Part shown: positions 9,629-19,664 of the stretch, piece by piece
How positions within the stretch are numbered: the stretch's first letter is position 1
Layout of the letters: every line of letters starts with the position of its first letter
NCBI GenBank assembly: GCA_963787125.1
Contig: CAWBBV010000001.1
Location: 352,001 to 416,000 of the forward strand
Direction: 5' to 3'
Source: an uncultured delta proteobacterium
GTDB lineage: Bacteria > Desulfobacterota > Desulfuromonadia > Geobacterales > DSM-12255
Length of the DNA: 64,000 nucleotides
The notes under the pieces: generated by a model
Seen by the model: the letters and a program-made list of their open reading frames with translations, nothing else
The model's database searches: none
What the model was told of the DNA's origin: nothing
Made by a program: the position numbers and the translations under genes

Positions 9629-10303
9629 TTGTCTCTTTTCGCCGGTACAGGTATTGTTGTCAAGCTGGTTCTTTTTGTCCTGCTCTACTTTTCAGTGGTC
9701 TCCTGGGCAATAATTTTCTACAAGTTCATCCAGGTGCAGAAAGCGAACAAAGAGTCAGAGCTGTTTCTGACATTTTTCTGGCAGACAAAGCGCTTTGATG
9801 CGGTCAGCGCCCAGATTGACCGCTTCGCCAACTCCCCACTTTCCATCCTTTTCACTGAAGCATTTACCGAACTTAAGAAGCTGGGAGAGAAGGGGGAGGA
9901 GAAATCCGAACCGAACGTTTTCAGCACAGAGCTCGGCGGGATTGACAATATTGCCCGCGCCCTGCGCCGGGCGACAACTTCGGAAATTACCAGACTTGAC
10001 AAATACCTGACTTTTTTGGCGACAACCGGTTCTACTGCTCCTTTTATCGGCCTGTTCGGGACGGTCTGGGGTATCATGACCGCCTTCAAGGGGATCGGTG
10101 AAACCGGTTCTGCCTCACTTGCCGTTGTGGCGCCGGGCATAGCCGAGGCGCTGGTCGCAACCGCCATCGGCCTGGTTGCCGCTATTCCGGCCGTTATGGG
10201 CTATAACCATTTCCAGAACAAGATCAAGGTGCTTATTGCCGAGATGGACAACTTTTCAACTGAACTGCTGAATATCGTCCAGCGCAATTTTGCCAAGAAG
10301 TAG
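9629..10303 (+). CDS. tolQ: TolQ
   Basis: LATTGSTAPFIGLFGTVWGIM, VAPGIAEALVATAIGL; first gene of a tol-pal operon. Confidence 0.92.
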   Translation: MSLFAGTGIVVKLVLFVLLYFSVVSWAIIFYKFIQVQKANKESELFLTFFWQTKRFDAVSAQIDRFANSPLSILFTEAFTELKKLGEKGEEKSEPNVFSTELGGIDNIARALRRATTSEITRLDKYLTFLATTGSTAPFIGLFGTVWGIMTAFKGIGETGSASLAVVAPGIAEALVATAIGLVAAIPAVMGYNHFQNKIKVLIAEMDNFSTELLNIVQRNFAKK

Positions 10304-10319
10304 ATAAAGGGAGCAGAGT

Positions 10320-10736
10320 ATGGATGTCGGTTCCAGAAGCAATGATCGCCAGGTAATGGCCCAGATAAACGTCACCCCGTTTGTGGACGTAATGCTGGTT
10401 CTTCTGGTCATTTTCATGATAACCGCCCCGATGATGCAGCAGGGGATGCAGGTGAATCTTCCCAAGACTGAAGCAAAAGCAATGAGCGTCAAGGACGAAC
10501 CGATCATTGTGACCATAGATAAAAGCGGTCGTGCCTTTCTGGAAAAATCCGAAATTCCCCAGGGGCAGCTCAAGGCAAAATTGGCCGCTCTTTTTGCATC
10601 AAAAAGCAAGAAAGAGGTCTTTTTGAAGGCTGACCGCGACGTTCCTTACGGGGATGTAATTCGTGCCATGGCCGAGATCAAGGGGGCCGGGGTTGAACGT
10701 CTCGGCATGCTTACGGAGCCTGCAGGGGCAAAATGA
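10320..10736 (+). CDS. tolR: TolR
   Basis: INVTPFVDVMLVLLVIFMITAP. Confidence 0.92.
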   Translation: MDVGSRSNDRQVMAQINVTPFVDVMLVLLVIFMITAPMMQQGMQVNLPKTEAKAMSVKDEPIIVTIDKSGRAFLEKSEIPQGQLKAKLAALFASKSKKEVFLKADRDVPYGDVIRAMAEIKGAGVERLGMLTEPAGAK

Positions 10737-11491
10737 TCCCAACTGCTCCGCAACGTGACAAAACTGCAGGATGGACGTTCAGCCTCTCCCTGTTACTTCA
10801 CCTCATTATGCTGTTCATCTTCAACAATACGGCTCTTTTTCGAACCGCACTGCATGAATCGACCCCTTACTACGTAGATATTGTCTCGCTGCCTGACCCT
10901 GCTCCGGCACGAGGCGAGCCTGTATCTGCACCGACGCCGCCACTGCCGGCAGTTATGCCGCCGGCGCCCGCGCAAAAACCGGCTATGTCGCTCCCGGCAA
11001 AACAGCTTCCACCGACTCCTGCGAACTCCGCAGCGACTGCCGATCAGGAGCGAAGAGCTCAGGAAGCTCGCGAGTTCAGTGAAAGGATGAGCCGTTTAGA
11101 GCGCGATTCAGGCGCAAAACATCAGGCCGAGGCTCTCGCCTCCCTGCAAAAAAAAGCCGCGGAAAAGCGCGCGGCTGGTGCTACGCCGGCTGCAGGTATC
11201 GGTAAGGGGGCAGATTATGGCACCCACATTCAATCAAGGCTCAAAGATGCCCTGAGCCGCAATATAGCTTATGATTATCGGAGCAAGAACCCGGAAGCTG
11301 CAGTCCATCTTTATATTGATAAAAACGGCAAACTGACCAAATATGTCATGGAACATCCGTCTACTGATAAACTTTTCAATAATTCGGTCATCCGCACTAT
11401 TGAAAGCGCAAAGGCTTATTTCCCTCCAGTGCCATTAGGAGTGAATTTTGACAAGCTCTATGTTTTCAGCCCGCAAGAGGTAAAAAAGTGA
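10733..11491 (+). CDS. tolA: TolA/TonB-like energy transducer
   Basis: N-terminal TM with S...LH, Pro/Ala-rich linker, TonB_C-like end; lies between tolR and tolB. Confidence 0.75.
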   Translation: MIPTAPQRDKTAGWTFSLSLLLHLIMLFIFNNTALFRTALHESTPYYVDIVSLPDPAPARGEPVSAPTPPLPAVMPPAPAQKPAMSLPAKQLPPTPANSAATADQERRAQEAREFSERMSRLERDSGAKHQAEALASLQKKAAEKRAAGATPAAGIGKGADYGTHIQSRLKDALSRNIAYDYRSKNPEAAVHLYIDKNGKLTKYVMEHPSTDKLFNNSVIRTIESAKAYFPPVPLGVNFDKLYVFSPQEVKK

Positions 11492-12765
11492 CCCGTTTAC
11501 CCGGTTTTATTCTGTTTTTTCTGCTGCTAATCCTGCTCCCGGCAAGGAGTTTCGCTCAAAACGATTTTTTGACTGTAACTGCACCGGGAAATCGCCAGTT
11601 GCGCATGAATATTCTTCCGCCTGCCACCTCGGCAGGAAATCATAATCAAAAGATAGCCGCTGAAATTGAGGAGATATTCCGGCTAGACCTTGGTATTACC
11701 GGAATATTCAGCGTGTTAACTCCGCCAGAAGCAGCCAGAGAGCAAACAAAAGGTTCGCCAGAAGCCACAACCGAAGCCGACCTGCTGCTAAAAACAGTTT
11801 ACACGCTGGCGCCAACATCAATCACCTTCGAATATCGACTTACTGAGCTCCCTTCCGGCCGGGAAATCCTTGCCAAACGCTACAGTGCCTCTTTGCAGGA
11901 TCTGCGAAAAACCGCCCATACTTTTTCTGACGATATCCTCTATTCACTCACCGGAGAGCGGGGCCCTTTTACTGCCAAGCTTGCCTATGTTTCGACTTCA
12001 TCCGGAAACAAAGAGCTTTACCTGATGGACTGGGACGGGCAGAACAGCCGTAAGCTTACTGCCAACGGCTCTATCAATCTGAATCCGGAATTTTCACCTT
12101 CAGGCAAAGAAATAGTTTTCACCTCATATAAGAACGGCAATCCGGATCTTTACCGGCGCGAGCTTTTAACCGGTTCTGAAGCACGGATATCCTCAGGCCC
12201 GGGAATAAATATCACCGCAGCGTTCTCTCCTGAAGGGAACAGGATAGCTCTAGCCATGAGCAAAGACGGCAATTCCGAGATATACCTGATAACCAAGGAA
12301 GGAAAGCAGCTTGCCAGATTAACCACTAACCCTGCTATTGACATCTCGCCTTCCTGGTCACCGGACGGCAGATTCATTACGTTTGTCTCGGATCGTTTCG
12401 GTAAACCGCAAATATTCATCATGCACTCTGATGGCAGCGAAGTTAAAAGACTCACCACAAGCGGTGCGTACAACGTTGCTCCACGGTGGTCGCCAAAAGG
12501 TGACAGAATTGCCTATAGCCGTCAGTATGGCGATAAATTCCAGATTCATCTGATAAACCCCGACGGCAGTGATGATAAACAGATTACTTTTGAAGGGAAT
12601 AATGAACACCCCCGCTGGTCTCCGGATGGCAGATTTATTGTTTTTGGCAGCAAACGAAATGGTTCCGAGTCGGTTTATGTGATGCGTGCTGATGGCTCCG
12701 GACAGGTCAAAATATCGCGTAACAATGCAAAAGATTCCCATCCGACCTGGTCACCACGCTGGTGA
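11488..12765 (+). CDS. tolB: TolB
   Basis: Repeated P.WSPDG (PD40) propeller motifs. Confidence 0.92.
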   Translation: MTRLPGFILFFLLLILLPARSFAQNDFLTVTAPGNRQLRMNILPPATSAGNHNQKIAAEIEEIFRLDLGITGIFSVLTPPEAAREQTKGSPEATTEADLLLKTVYTLAPTSITFEYRLTELPSGREILAKRYSASLQDLRKTAHTFSDDILYSLTGERGPFTAKLAYVSTSSGNKELYLMDWDGQNSRKLTANGSINLNPEFSPSGKEIVFTSYKNGNPDLYRRELLTGSEARISSGPGINITAAFSPEGNRIALAMSKDGNSEIYLITKEGKQLARLTTNPAIDISPSWSPDGRFITFVSDRFGKPQIFIMHSDGSEVKRLTTSGAYNVAPRWSPKGDRIAYSRQYGDKFQIHLINPDGSDDKQITFEGNNEHPRWSPDGRFIVFGSKRNGSESVYVMRADGSGQVKISRNNAKDSHPTWSPRW

Positions 12766-12799
12766 TGCGGAAGAAAAAGCTGTATTTTTCAAAGAGATA

Positions 12800-12827
12800 T
12801 TGAAAACGGCTTAAACTTATGTATAAT
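12800..12827 (+). promoter_or_regulatory. Putative sigma70 promoter for pal
   Basis: TTGAAA-N16-TATAAT. Confidence 0.55.
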
Positions 12828-12872
12828 CGCTTTCACACAATGTTTTAGAATATCAGTCGAAAGGAGTTTTTT

Positions 12873-13595
12873 ATGCGTAATGCTTTTTTCAGGAGTATTG
12901 TAGTTCTTTCTCTTCCCATCATGCTGATCAGCGGCTGTGCCAAGGATCAGGTTAAACCTGACGCTGGTATTTCGCCGGATAAGACGACAGCTTCAGCGAC
13001 TGCTGACAAGCAATCATCTCCTGAGCAGCTGACCGCAGCCCAGCAGCAGGCGGCAGCCCAGCAAAAGGCAGCAGCTCAGCAGCAGGCAGCAGCCCAGCAG
13101 CAGGCAGCAGCCCAGCAGCAGGCGGCAGCCCAGCAACAGGCAGCAGCTCAGCAGCAGGCGGCAGCCCAGCAGCAGTCAGCAGCCCAGCAGCAGGCGTCTG
13201 CCCAGCAGCAGTCAGCAGCTCAGCAGCAGCAGGCGGCGGCGCAAGCTAACGAGGCTATCAGGGTTTTCCTCAAAACAATCAATTTTGATTTTGATTCTTA
13301 TGTATTGCGCCAGACTGACAGGGACATTCTCTATAGCAACGCTGACTACCTGATCAAGAAATACAAGGGAAAAATCAAACTGGAAGGCCACTGTGACGAG
13401 CGTGGTTCGGATGAATACAACCTTGCTTTGGGAGAAAATCGTGCCAAGGCAGCGCTGAACTATCTGCTGACTCTCGGGGTTCCGGCTGAGCAGCTTTCCA
13501 TAGTCAGTTACGGCAAAGAGAAGCCGCTTGACAATGGTCATACCGAAGAGGCCTGGGCAAAAAACAGAAGAGTTGAATTCACCATAGTGAAATAG
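12873..13595 (+). CDS. pal: Peptidoglycan-associated lipoprotein Pal with long Ala/Gln linker
   Basis: ISGC lipobox; FDFD, EGHCDERGSDEYNLALG..RA, SYGKEKP, KNRR. Confidence 0.93.
   Translation: MRNAFFRSIVVLSLPIMLISGCAKDQVKPDAGISPDKTTASATADKQSSPEQLTAAQQQAAAQQKAAAQQQAAAQQQAAAQQQAAAQQQAAAQQQAAAQQQSAAQQQASAQQQSAAQQQQAAAQANEAIRVFLKTINFDFDSYVLRQTDRDILYSNADYLIKKYKGKIKLEGHCDERGSDEYNLALGENRAKAALNYLLTLGVPAEQLSIVSYGKEKPLDNGHTEEAWAKNRRVEFTIVK
13035..13232 (+). repeat. 11 x 18-bp coding tandem repeat (AAQQQA)
   Basis: Consensus GCAGCCCAGCAGCAGGCR, 11 consecutive units counted by hand. Confidence 0.95.
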
Positions 13596-13614
13596 TCTCT
13601 TTTAAAACGGTAAC

Positions 13615-13641
13615 AAAAAAGGAGCCATACGGCTCCTTTTT
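13615..13641. terminator. Hairpin/terminator after pal
   Basis: AAAAAAGGAGCC-ATAC-GGCTCCTTTTT. Confidence 0.8.
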
Positions 13642-13667
13642 ACTTTCACCGCTAGGAAGGTCTGCAG

Positions 13668-14492
13668 ATGAACAAAAATATCATATTTATTCCGTTCCTG
13701 CTCTCCCTTGCCGCCTGTGCGACAAAAGGAGACATGAACATCGCCCAGCAGGATATTGAAGAGATGAAAACCCGTCTTCTTCAGGTTGAAAAGAATGTTT
13801 CTGCTGTCAAGGTGGAGGCGAGGGAGATAGCTGAGAAAGGCTCGCGTGAAGCGCTGAAAAACCTTGAAATCCTCCGCAAAGGGACTGCTGACATGCAGGC
13901 CAATCTCGATACCATGCGGATTGATGTTCAGGTAATGACCGGCAAGGTTGATGATCTTGGCCTTGCCGCAAAAAAGCCTTTTGATGATATTTCCCTATTG
14001 AAAGAAGATACCTCCAAGTCGGTAATTTCGATGGATACGCGACTCAAAAAACTGGAAAGTGACCTGGAACAGGCAAACGTGAAAATTAGCGCCATTGCCA
14101 AATCACTGGAACAGCCACCAAATCCGGATAACATCTACAAGGAAGCATTGGATACATTAAAGAGTGGCGAAATCGGCAAATCAAGGGATATGTTCAACAA
14201 GTTCAATGAACAGTTCCCTGACAGTAAGCTGGCAGCAAACGTACGCTACTGGATCGGAGAGACATTCTATCAGGAAAAAAATTATGTCGAGGCTGCCGTT
14301 GAATTCCAGCGGGTAATAAAAGAGTATCCGGGTAAAGAGAAAGTTCCTGCCGCCATGCTCAAACTTGGGTTGTCATTCAGAGAGCTTGGTGACATAAAAA
14401 GCGCCAAGTTTATAATCAAGGACATGATAGACAAGTTCCCGAAAGCCGAAGAGGTCCCGGCGGCTAAAGAGGTTTTGCACAAGCTCAAATAG
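13668..14492 (+). CDS. cpoB: Tol-Pal protein YbgF/CpoB
   Basis: Lipobox, coiled coil, TPRs (YWIGE, KVPAAMLKLG); follows pal. Confidence 0.88.
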   Translation: MNKNIIFIPFLLSLAACATKGDMNIAQQDIEEMKTRLLQVEKNVSAVKVEAREIAEKGSREALKNLEILRKGTADMQANLDTMRIDVQVMTGKVDDLGLAAKKPFDDISLLKEDTSKSVISMDTRLKKLESDLEQANVKISAIAKSLEQPPNPDNIYKEALDTLKSGEIGKSRDMFNKFNEQFPDSKLAANVRYWIGETFYQEKNYVEAAVEFQRVIKEYPGKEKVPAAMLKLGLSFRELGDIKSAKFIIKDMIDKFPKAEEVPAAKEVLHKLK

Positions 14493-14493
14493 G

Positions 14494-14521
14494 AAAAGGC
14501 GGGGAAACTTCCCCGCCTTTT
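14494..14521. terminator. Bidirectional terminator
   Basis: AAAAGGCGGGGAA-AC-TTCCCCGCCTTTT between convergent genes. Confidence 0.85.
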
Positions 14522-14543
14522 CTCGTTTCAATAGCAAAAAGGC

Positions 14544-14828
14544 TTACGACTTCATATTGCCAGCCGGATCCTTGATCTCTTCCTTGACATGGGTTGCAGT
14601 AGGTTTTTCTTTTTCTTCCTTCAGACTTGCTTCTTTGGCGAGCCGCTCTTTTTCCTCAGCAGCTTTTGCCTCCTCATCGACCCCTTGCCGAAAGTCTTCC
14701 GTTGCCCGCTTGAACTCAGCCAGTCCTTTCCCGAGAGTCTTGGCAAGCTCCGGAAGTTTCTGGGGACCAATGACAATCAGGGCTATAACCAGGATGATAA
14801 TCATCTCGGGCATTCCAATTCCAAACAT
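14544..14828 (-). CDS. TatA/TatB-family translocase subunit
   Basis: MFGIGMPE...GPQKLPELA..LGKGLAEFK. Confidence 0.9.
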   Translation of the reverse strand: MFGIGMPEMIIILVIALIVIGPQKLPELAKTLGKGLAEFKRATEDFRQGVDEEAKAAEEKERLAKEASLKEEKEKPTATHVKEEIKDPAGNMKS

Positions 14829-14962
14829 GATATCTCCTTATGAACGCAGCAAAAAAACAGATTGATTTCATCAGGAGGATAATATTATTGGATTCCGGAG
14901 TCAACGTCAAAGAGGCTACAGCATGGATTCCCATTCATGTTCTTTTGTGCTAGGCTACAACC

Positions 14963-16288
14963 ATGAAAAAATCACTCCCTAAATTGCTCTACGCTGACGC
15001 GAAGGGTAACATCTTTGACCATCCGACCCTTACCATGGCCGGGATGAGTGCCACTGAAGCAGTTCTTCCCGAAGGGGTTGAACTTATCCCCCTGCCCGCT
15101 GACAGCAGGCTCTTCACAATACCGGATACCCCGCCAATCGCGTGGGATGAACGGCAAAAGAAGTTTATAACAGTGGCATCAGTCCGCCAGGGAAAGCGGG
15201 AAATCCCGATACAGGCTGTCTCTGCCTTTATGGCGCCGGGATGGCTGCGGACCTTGCTCCCTGCCTGCGACTACGCCAAAAAGAAGGTGCAGTTGCCGCT
15301 CTGGTCATACACAGCGGTCGGCTGGGACGAAGCGACCGAGCAAATTGTTGTTGCTGCCACCAGAGTCGACTCTAACGAGAATTGGCTCCCGAAAAATTAC
15401 GACGACAGAAAACTCGATCCGCTGGTCCGAAAGCTGCTCAAAGCGTTCCCTGACAATCGGCTTCTGGAACAGCTTTCCCGGTGCGCAATAGACTACCACT
15501 GTTTCGCCGCCAAGAATCTCTTCTATCGTCGCTGGGAAGCACCGATACCGACATCCCCTGTCTGCAACTCCCGCTGTCTCGGCTGCATCAGCCTGCAGCC
15601 ATCTGACTGCTGTCCGTCAAACCATGACAGAATTGGTTTCGTGCCTACACCGGAAGAGATAGTAGAGTTGATGCTGCCACATCTGCTCGAAGCTCCCGAG
15701 TCGATTGTCTCCTACGGGCAGGGTTGTGAGGGCGATCCTATCATGCAGGCTGAAACCGTGGCAGAAGCAACCAGAAGGCTTAAAAAAGCTGCTGGTTGCC
15801 GCGGAACCGTGAACTTTAATTCCAACGGTTCCATTCCCGAACGGATCAGGCTTCTCTGTGACGCCGGCATGGACTCGATGCGTTTTTCCATGAATTCGGT
15901 GCAGGAAGAGCTTTATAACCGCTACTACCGCCCGGTTAACTATCGCTTCAAAGATGTGATCGAGTCCGTCAAGATCGCCAAGGAGCGTGGGCTCTTTACC
16001 ATGATCAACTACCTGGTCTCTCCCGGGGTGACTGATTCTCCGGCCGAGGCAGACGCGCTTATGAAGTTTTTGGCGCATACGGGAGTTGACATGCTCCAAC
16101 TGCGCAATATTTCTATCGACCCGGATTACTACAATCTGGAACTGGGGATGAATAGCCGCGGTACAGGGATGTACGGGCTGCTGGAGAGGATAAAGAGTGA
16201 GTTTCCAAAGGTCCAGTTTGGCTATTTCAACAGGACAAAGGAGAATTTCTTTCCTGATGGGTATGAGAAAGGGTGGCCTATTAAATGA
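14963..16288 (+). CDS. Radical SAM protein of unknown function
   Basis: CNSRCLGC (CxxxCxxC), GQGCEGDP. Confidence 0.85.
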   Translation: MKKSLPKLLYADAKGNIFDHPTLTMAGMSATEAVLPEGVELIPLPADSRLFTIPDTPPIAWDERQKKFITVASVRQGKREIPIQAVSAFMAPGWLRTLLPACDYAKKKVQLPLWSYTAVGWDEATEQIVVAATRVDSNENWLPKNYDDRKLDPLVRKLLKAFPDNRLLEQLSRCAIDYHCFAAKNLFYRRWEAPIPTSPVCNSRCLGCISLQPSDCCPSNHDRIGFVPTPEEIVELMLPHLLEAPESIVSYGQGCEGDPIMQAETVAEATRRLKKAAGCRGTVNFNSNGSIPERIRLLCDAGMDSMRFSMNSVQEELYNRYYRPVNYRFKDVIESVKIAKERGLFTMINYLVSPGVTDSPAEADALMKFLAHTGVDMLQLRNISIDPDYYNLELGMNSRGTGMYGLLERIKSEFPKVQFGYFNRTKENFFPDGYEKGWPIK

Positions 16289-16321
16289 AAAAGCCTGCGG
16301 TGTTGCTACCGCAGGCTTTTT
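16288..16321. terminator. Bidirectional terminator
   Basis: AAAAAGCCTGCGGT-GTTGCT-ACCGCAGGCTTTTT. Confidence 0.85.
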
Positions 16322-16344
16322 GCTGGAAATCCATGTAACCCGGC

Positions 16345-17130
16345 TTATTCTATCGTAAACTCACCTTCCTCGATGATAACTTCATATTTGTAGCCCCCGC
16401 CGAAATCCTTGTCCTTGTAGAGAGTTCCGCGGACAAGAACCACTTCGCCTTCTGCGGGTATCGATTTTGACGTCACAACCAGATTAAAGTCGCCTGTGGC
16501 GTGGGCACCGGAACCGTCCCGTAGATGAACCCAATTTTTCCCCATGATATTGCTGGAGACTTTAACAACCTTGCCTCTGACAACAACCTTCTTTTTGTTG
16601 AGCTTCGCCCTGTTCTTGTAGAGCTCGGATACGGTGTAGGCGTTTTTGCCGGAGGCTTTTTTCACCTTGACTTTCACATCAGGTGATACAGTGCCGCGAC
16701 TGCCTGGAGAGGTACCGCTGACGTCCTTTTTTTCTTTCCCTTTTGCTGGAGTTACTGCCTCAGTGAAGATGATCTGGTCGAAAACCCTTTTGAGAGTCTT
16801 GCTCTCAAAACCGTGCATGACCATGCCGGGATTGAAAGTCTGCTGGGAACCGACAGCTATCTCGGCTGCCGGAACAGCAAGCCAGACCTTTTCGCCGGAT
16901 TTTTTCCGCAGTTCAATATACGTGTAGCCACCACTGTTTATTGTCTGCAGTACTTTGCCGCTGTGAGGTTCCGTCGGCTCCGGAGGTGGCGTCGGGATAG
17001 TGGCATTATCGTTAGTGCCCCGCATGAACGGCTCGTTCCCCGCACCATGGCCTGCGGGTGGCTGGGCAAAAACAGTGGAAGTTGTTACCATCAGCCCTGC
17101 TGTTATCAGGCAGGTTTTAATAAAGCGCAT
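16345..17130 (-). CDS. Exported OB-fold protein (NrfJ-related)
   Basis: Signal peptide; GKVLQT.NSGGYTY, F.SKTL.R.FD, MGKNWVHL.DG, DKDFGGGY. Confidence 0.7.
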   Translation of the reverse strand: MRFIKTCLITAGLMVTTSTVFAQPPAGHGAGNEPFMRGTNDNATIPTPPPEPTEPHSGKVLQTINSGGYTYIELRKKSGEKVWLAVPAAEIAVGSQQTFNPGMVMHGFESKTLKRVFDQIIFTEAVTPAKGKEKKDVSGTSPGSRGTVSPDVKVKVKKASGKNAYTVSELYKNRAKLNKKKVVVRGKVVKVSSNIMGKNWVHLRDGSGAHATGDFNLVVTSKSIPAEGEVVLVRGTLYKDKDFGGGYKYEVIIEEGEFTIE

Positions 17131-17260
17131 GCTGTTCTCCTTTTAAGTTGAGTAGTGGCTGTTATTATTTCTAATAGTCTCGAAGTTGTCAAATCAGATA
17201 TGAGAAAATCTGCCTGATTTGTGTTAATATTTCTCCATCAGTCGGTTTCTGGGAGTTAAG

Positions 17261-19048
17261 ATGAGTCAGAGTCGTGCGTTAACAGTTCGGAATGTCTGTC
17301 AGATACTACTGAAAAATGGACTTATAAGCCAGGAACAGGGTGATATGGTTATCACCAGGGCCGATTTCCAGGCAACAAGATTGCACAGCCACCAGCAGAC
17401 AGGCTATTCCAGACGCTTTTTCCAGCTGCCGGAGCAGGTCTCTCCAGCTGAAGTCATCTCTTCTTTTAACCTTGAGATCCCCGGTACCGGCAGGATTCTT
17501 ACTGAAGATGCAATAACTGAGTCGATAGCCGCGGCTGCCGGCATGGAGTACGTAAAAATAGATCCGCTCAAAATGGATCTTGAGCTGGTAACCGAACACG
17601 TGACGAGAGCTTTTGCGCTAAAAAACCTGATAGTGCCGATAGGGCTGAAAGGAGATGCGGTAGTTTTCGCCCAGGCTGACCCCTTCAACCGTCAGGCGTT
17701 GGAAGACATTCAACAGATAAGGCATATCCAGGCGGTCAGGGTGCTCGCATCGCGGAGCGATGTCCTCAAGATCCTTCGCGAGTTTTTCGGCTTTCGTGCG
17801 TCGGTTATGGCCGCGCAGAGTGAAGTGGCAAATGGCGCAGATCTTGCCAATCTCGAACAGTTTGTGCAGATGCGTTCCCATGGCGAATTGGAGGGGAGCG
17901 ACAAGCATATTATCTCGGCGGTTGAATTTCTGCTGCAGTACGCCTTTGACCAGCGTGCCAGCGACATCCATATCGAACCCAAACGGGATAAGTCACTTAT
18001 CCGTCTTCGGGTCGATGGTGTACTCCACAACATTCATACCGTTCCCAAACAGCTGCATCCGCCGATGGTTTCAAGGATTAAACTCCTCTCCCGCCTTGAT
18101 CTTGCAGAAAAACGGCGCCCGCAGGATGGCCGGATCAAAACCACGCACAAAGGCAAAGAGATCGAGCTCCGCGTTTCGACTCTACCGGTAGCATTCGGCG
18201 AGAAAGTAGTGATAAGAATTTTTGACCCGGAAATCCTGATGCAGGATCTTGACAGTATCGGCTTCTACCCCCGCGAATATCAGCTTTACAGCGCATTTAT
18301 CAACAAGCCGAACGGGATCATTCTGGTAACAGGTCCCACCGGCAGCGGTAAAACTACGACTCTTTACTCATCGCTGCGGGCGCTGTCTTCTCCGGAAGTA
18401 AATATTGTTACGGTTGAGGATCCTATCGAGATGGTAATGGAGGAGTTCAACCAGGTCGGTGTCCAGAGTGCCATCGGCGTGAGTTTTGCGACTGTGCTGC
18501 GCAATATTTTGCGCCAGGACCCGGACATTATCATGATCGGTGAAATCCGTGATCGCGATACAGCAGAAAATGCCGTCCAAGCCGCCCTTACCGGTCATCT
18601 CGTCCTCTCCACACTGCATACCAATGATGCGCCTTCCTCCATTACCAGGCTTATCGACCTTGGCGTCCCCTCTTTTCTGATTTCTTCGACGATTGTCGGG
18701 ATAATTGCCCAGAGACTTTTGCGAAAAATCTGCAAAGAATGTAAGCAGGAGCGCAAGCTGACTGCCGAGGAGATAACCTATCTACAGCTTGATAAAATCG
18801 ATGTGACGGTTTGGGAAGGGAGCGGCTGCGGTGAGTGCCGCGGTACCGGTTATCGCGGCCGAACCGGTATCTTTGAGGTCCTTGATTTTACCGAGAACGT
18901 CAAAGCGGTGATCTCCGATAAAATCGATCTGCCCGCACTGTACGCCGTTGCAAAGAGTGACGGCATGATTAATCTGCGGCAGGTTGCTATCAGGAAGATG
19001 CTCGAAGGGGTTACGACCTATGAAGAAGTGCTGGCTATAACCGGTTAA
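17261..19048 (+). CDS. GspE/PilB-family secretion ATPase
   Basis: ASDIHIEP, GPTGSGKTTTLY, LRQDPDIIMIGEIRD, CxxC zinc motifs. Confidence 0.92.
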   Translation: MSQSRALTVRNVCQILLKNGLISQEQGDMVITRADFQATRLHSHQQTGYSRRFFQLPEQVSPAEVISSFNLEIPGTGRILTEDAITESIAAAAGMEYVKIDPLKMDLELVTEHVTRAFALKNLIVPIGLKGDAVVFAQADPFNRQALEDIQQIRHIQAVRVLASRSDVLKILREFFGFRASVMAAQSEVANGADLANLEQFVQMRSHGELEGSDKHIISAVEFLLQYAFDQRASDIHIEPKRDKSLIRLRVDGVLHNIHTVPKQLHPPMVSRIKLLSRLDLAEKRRPQDGRIKTTHKGKEIELRVSTLPVAFGEKVVIRIFDPEILMQDLDSIGFYPREYQLYSAFINKPNGIILVTGPTGSGKTTTLYSSLRALSSPEVNIVTVEDPIEMVMEEFNQVGVQSAIGVSFATVLRNILRQDPDIIMIGEIRDRDTAENAVQAALTGHLVLSTLHTNDAPSSITRLIDLGVPSFLISSTIVGIIAQRLLRKICKECKQERKLTAEEITYLQLDKIDVTVWEGSGCGECRGTGYRGRTGIFEVLDFTENVKAVISDKIDLPALYAVAKSDGMINLRQVAIRKMLEGVTTYEEVLAITG

Positions 19049-19075
19049 CATGTCTAATTTGAAAAGGAGATACTT

Positions 19076-19651
19076 ATGAAAGTTGTAGCATTCAGCGGCA
19101 GCGCGCGTAAGGACGGCAATACGGCCATTCTTGTCCGGCAGACTTTTGCCGAACTTGAAACAGAGGGGATTGAAACAGAGCTGGTTCAGCTTGCCGGAGA
19201 GATTATTCGCGGCTGTACCGCCTGTTACAAATGTTTTGGCACAAAGGATCAGCGTTGTGCTATTGCCAATGATCCAGTCAATGACTGTATTGCCAAAATG
19301 GTGGCTGCCGACGCCATAATTATCGCTTCACCGACTTATTTTGCGGACATTTCGGCGGAAACAAAAGCGCTGATTGATCGCGCCGGCATGGTTGCCCGCG
19401 CTAACAACAATCTTTATCGGCGCAAGGTCGGAGCCGCTATAATCGCCGTCCGCCGTGGTGGAGCGATTCATGCCTTTGACTCCATCAACCACTTCTTTCT
19501 GATCGGTGAAATGATCATCCCCGGCTCATCATATTGGAACTTCGGTGTCGGCCGGAATATAGGTGAGGTTGAGCAGGATGAAGAAGGAATGAAGACCATG
19601 GCAGATCTCGGAAAAAACATGGCATGGTTGATGAAAAAAATCGGGAGCTGA
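19076..19651 (+). CDS. Iron-sulfur flavoprotein (flavodoxin family)
   Basis: [16 protein letters not shown]...C, ASPTYF. Confidence 0.88.
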   Translation: MKVVAFSGSARKDGNTAILVRQTFAELETEGIETELVQLAGEIIRGCTACYKCFGTKDQRCAIANDPVNDCIAKMVAADAIIIASPTYFADISAETKALIDRAGMVARANNNLYRRKVGAAIIAVRRGGAIHAFDSINHFFLIGEMIIPGSSYWNFGVGRNIGEVEQDEEGMKTMADLGKNMAWLMKKIGS

Positions 19652-19664
19652 GTGAAAAAGGAGT

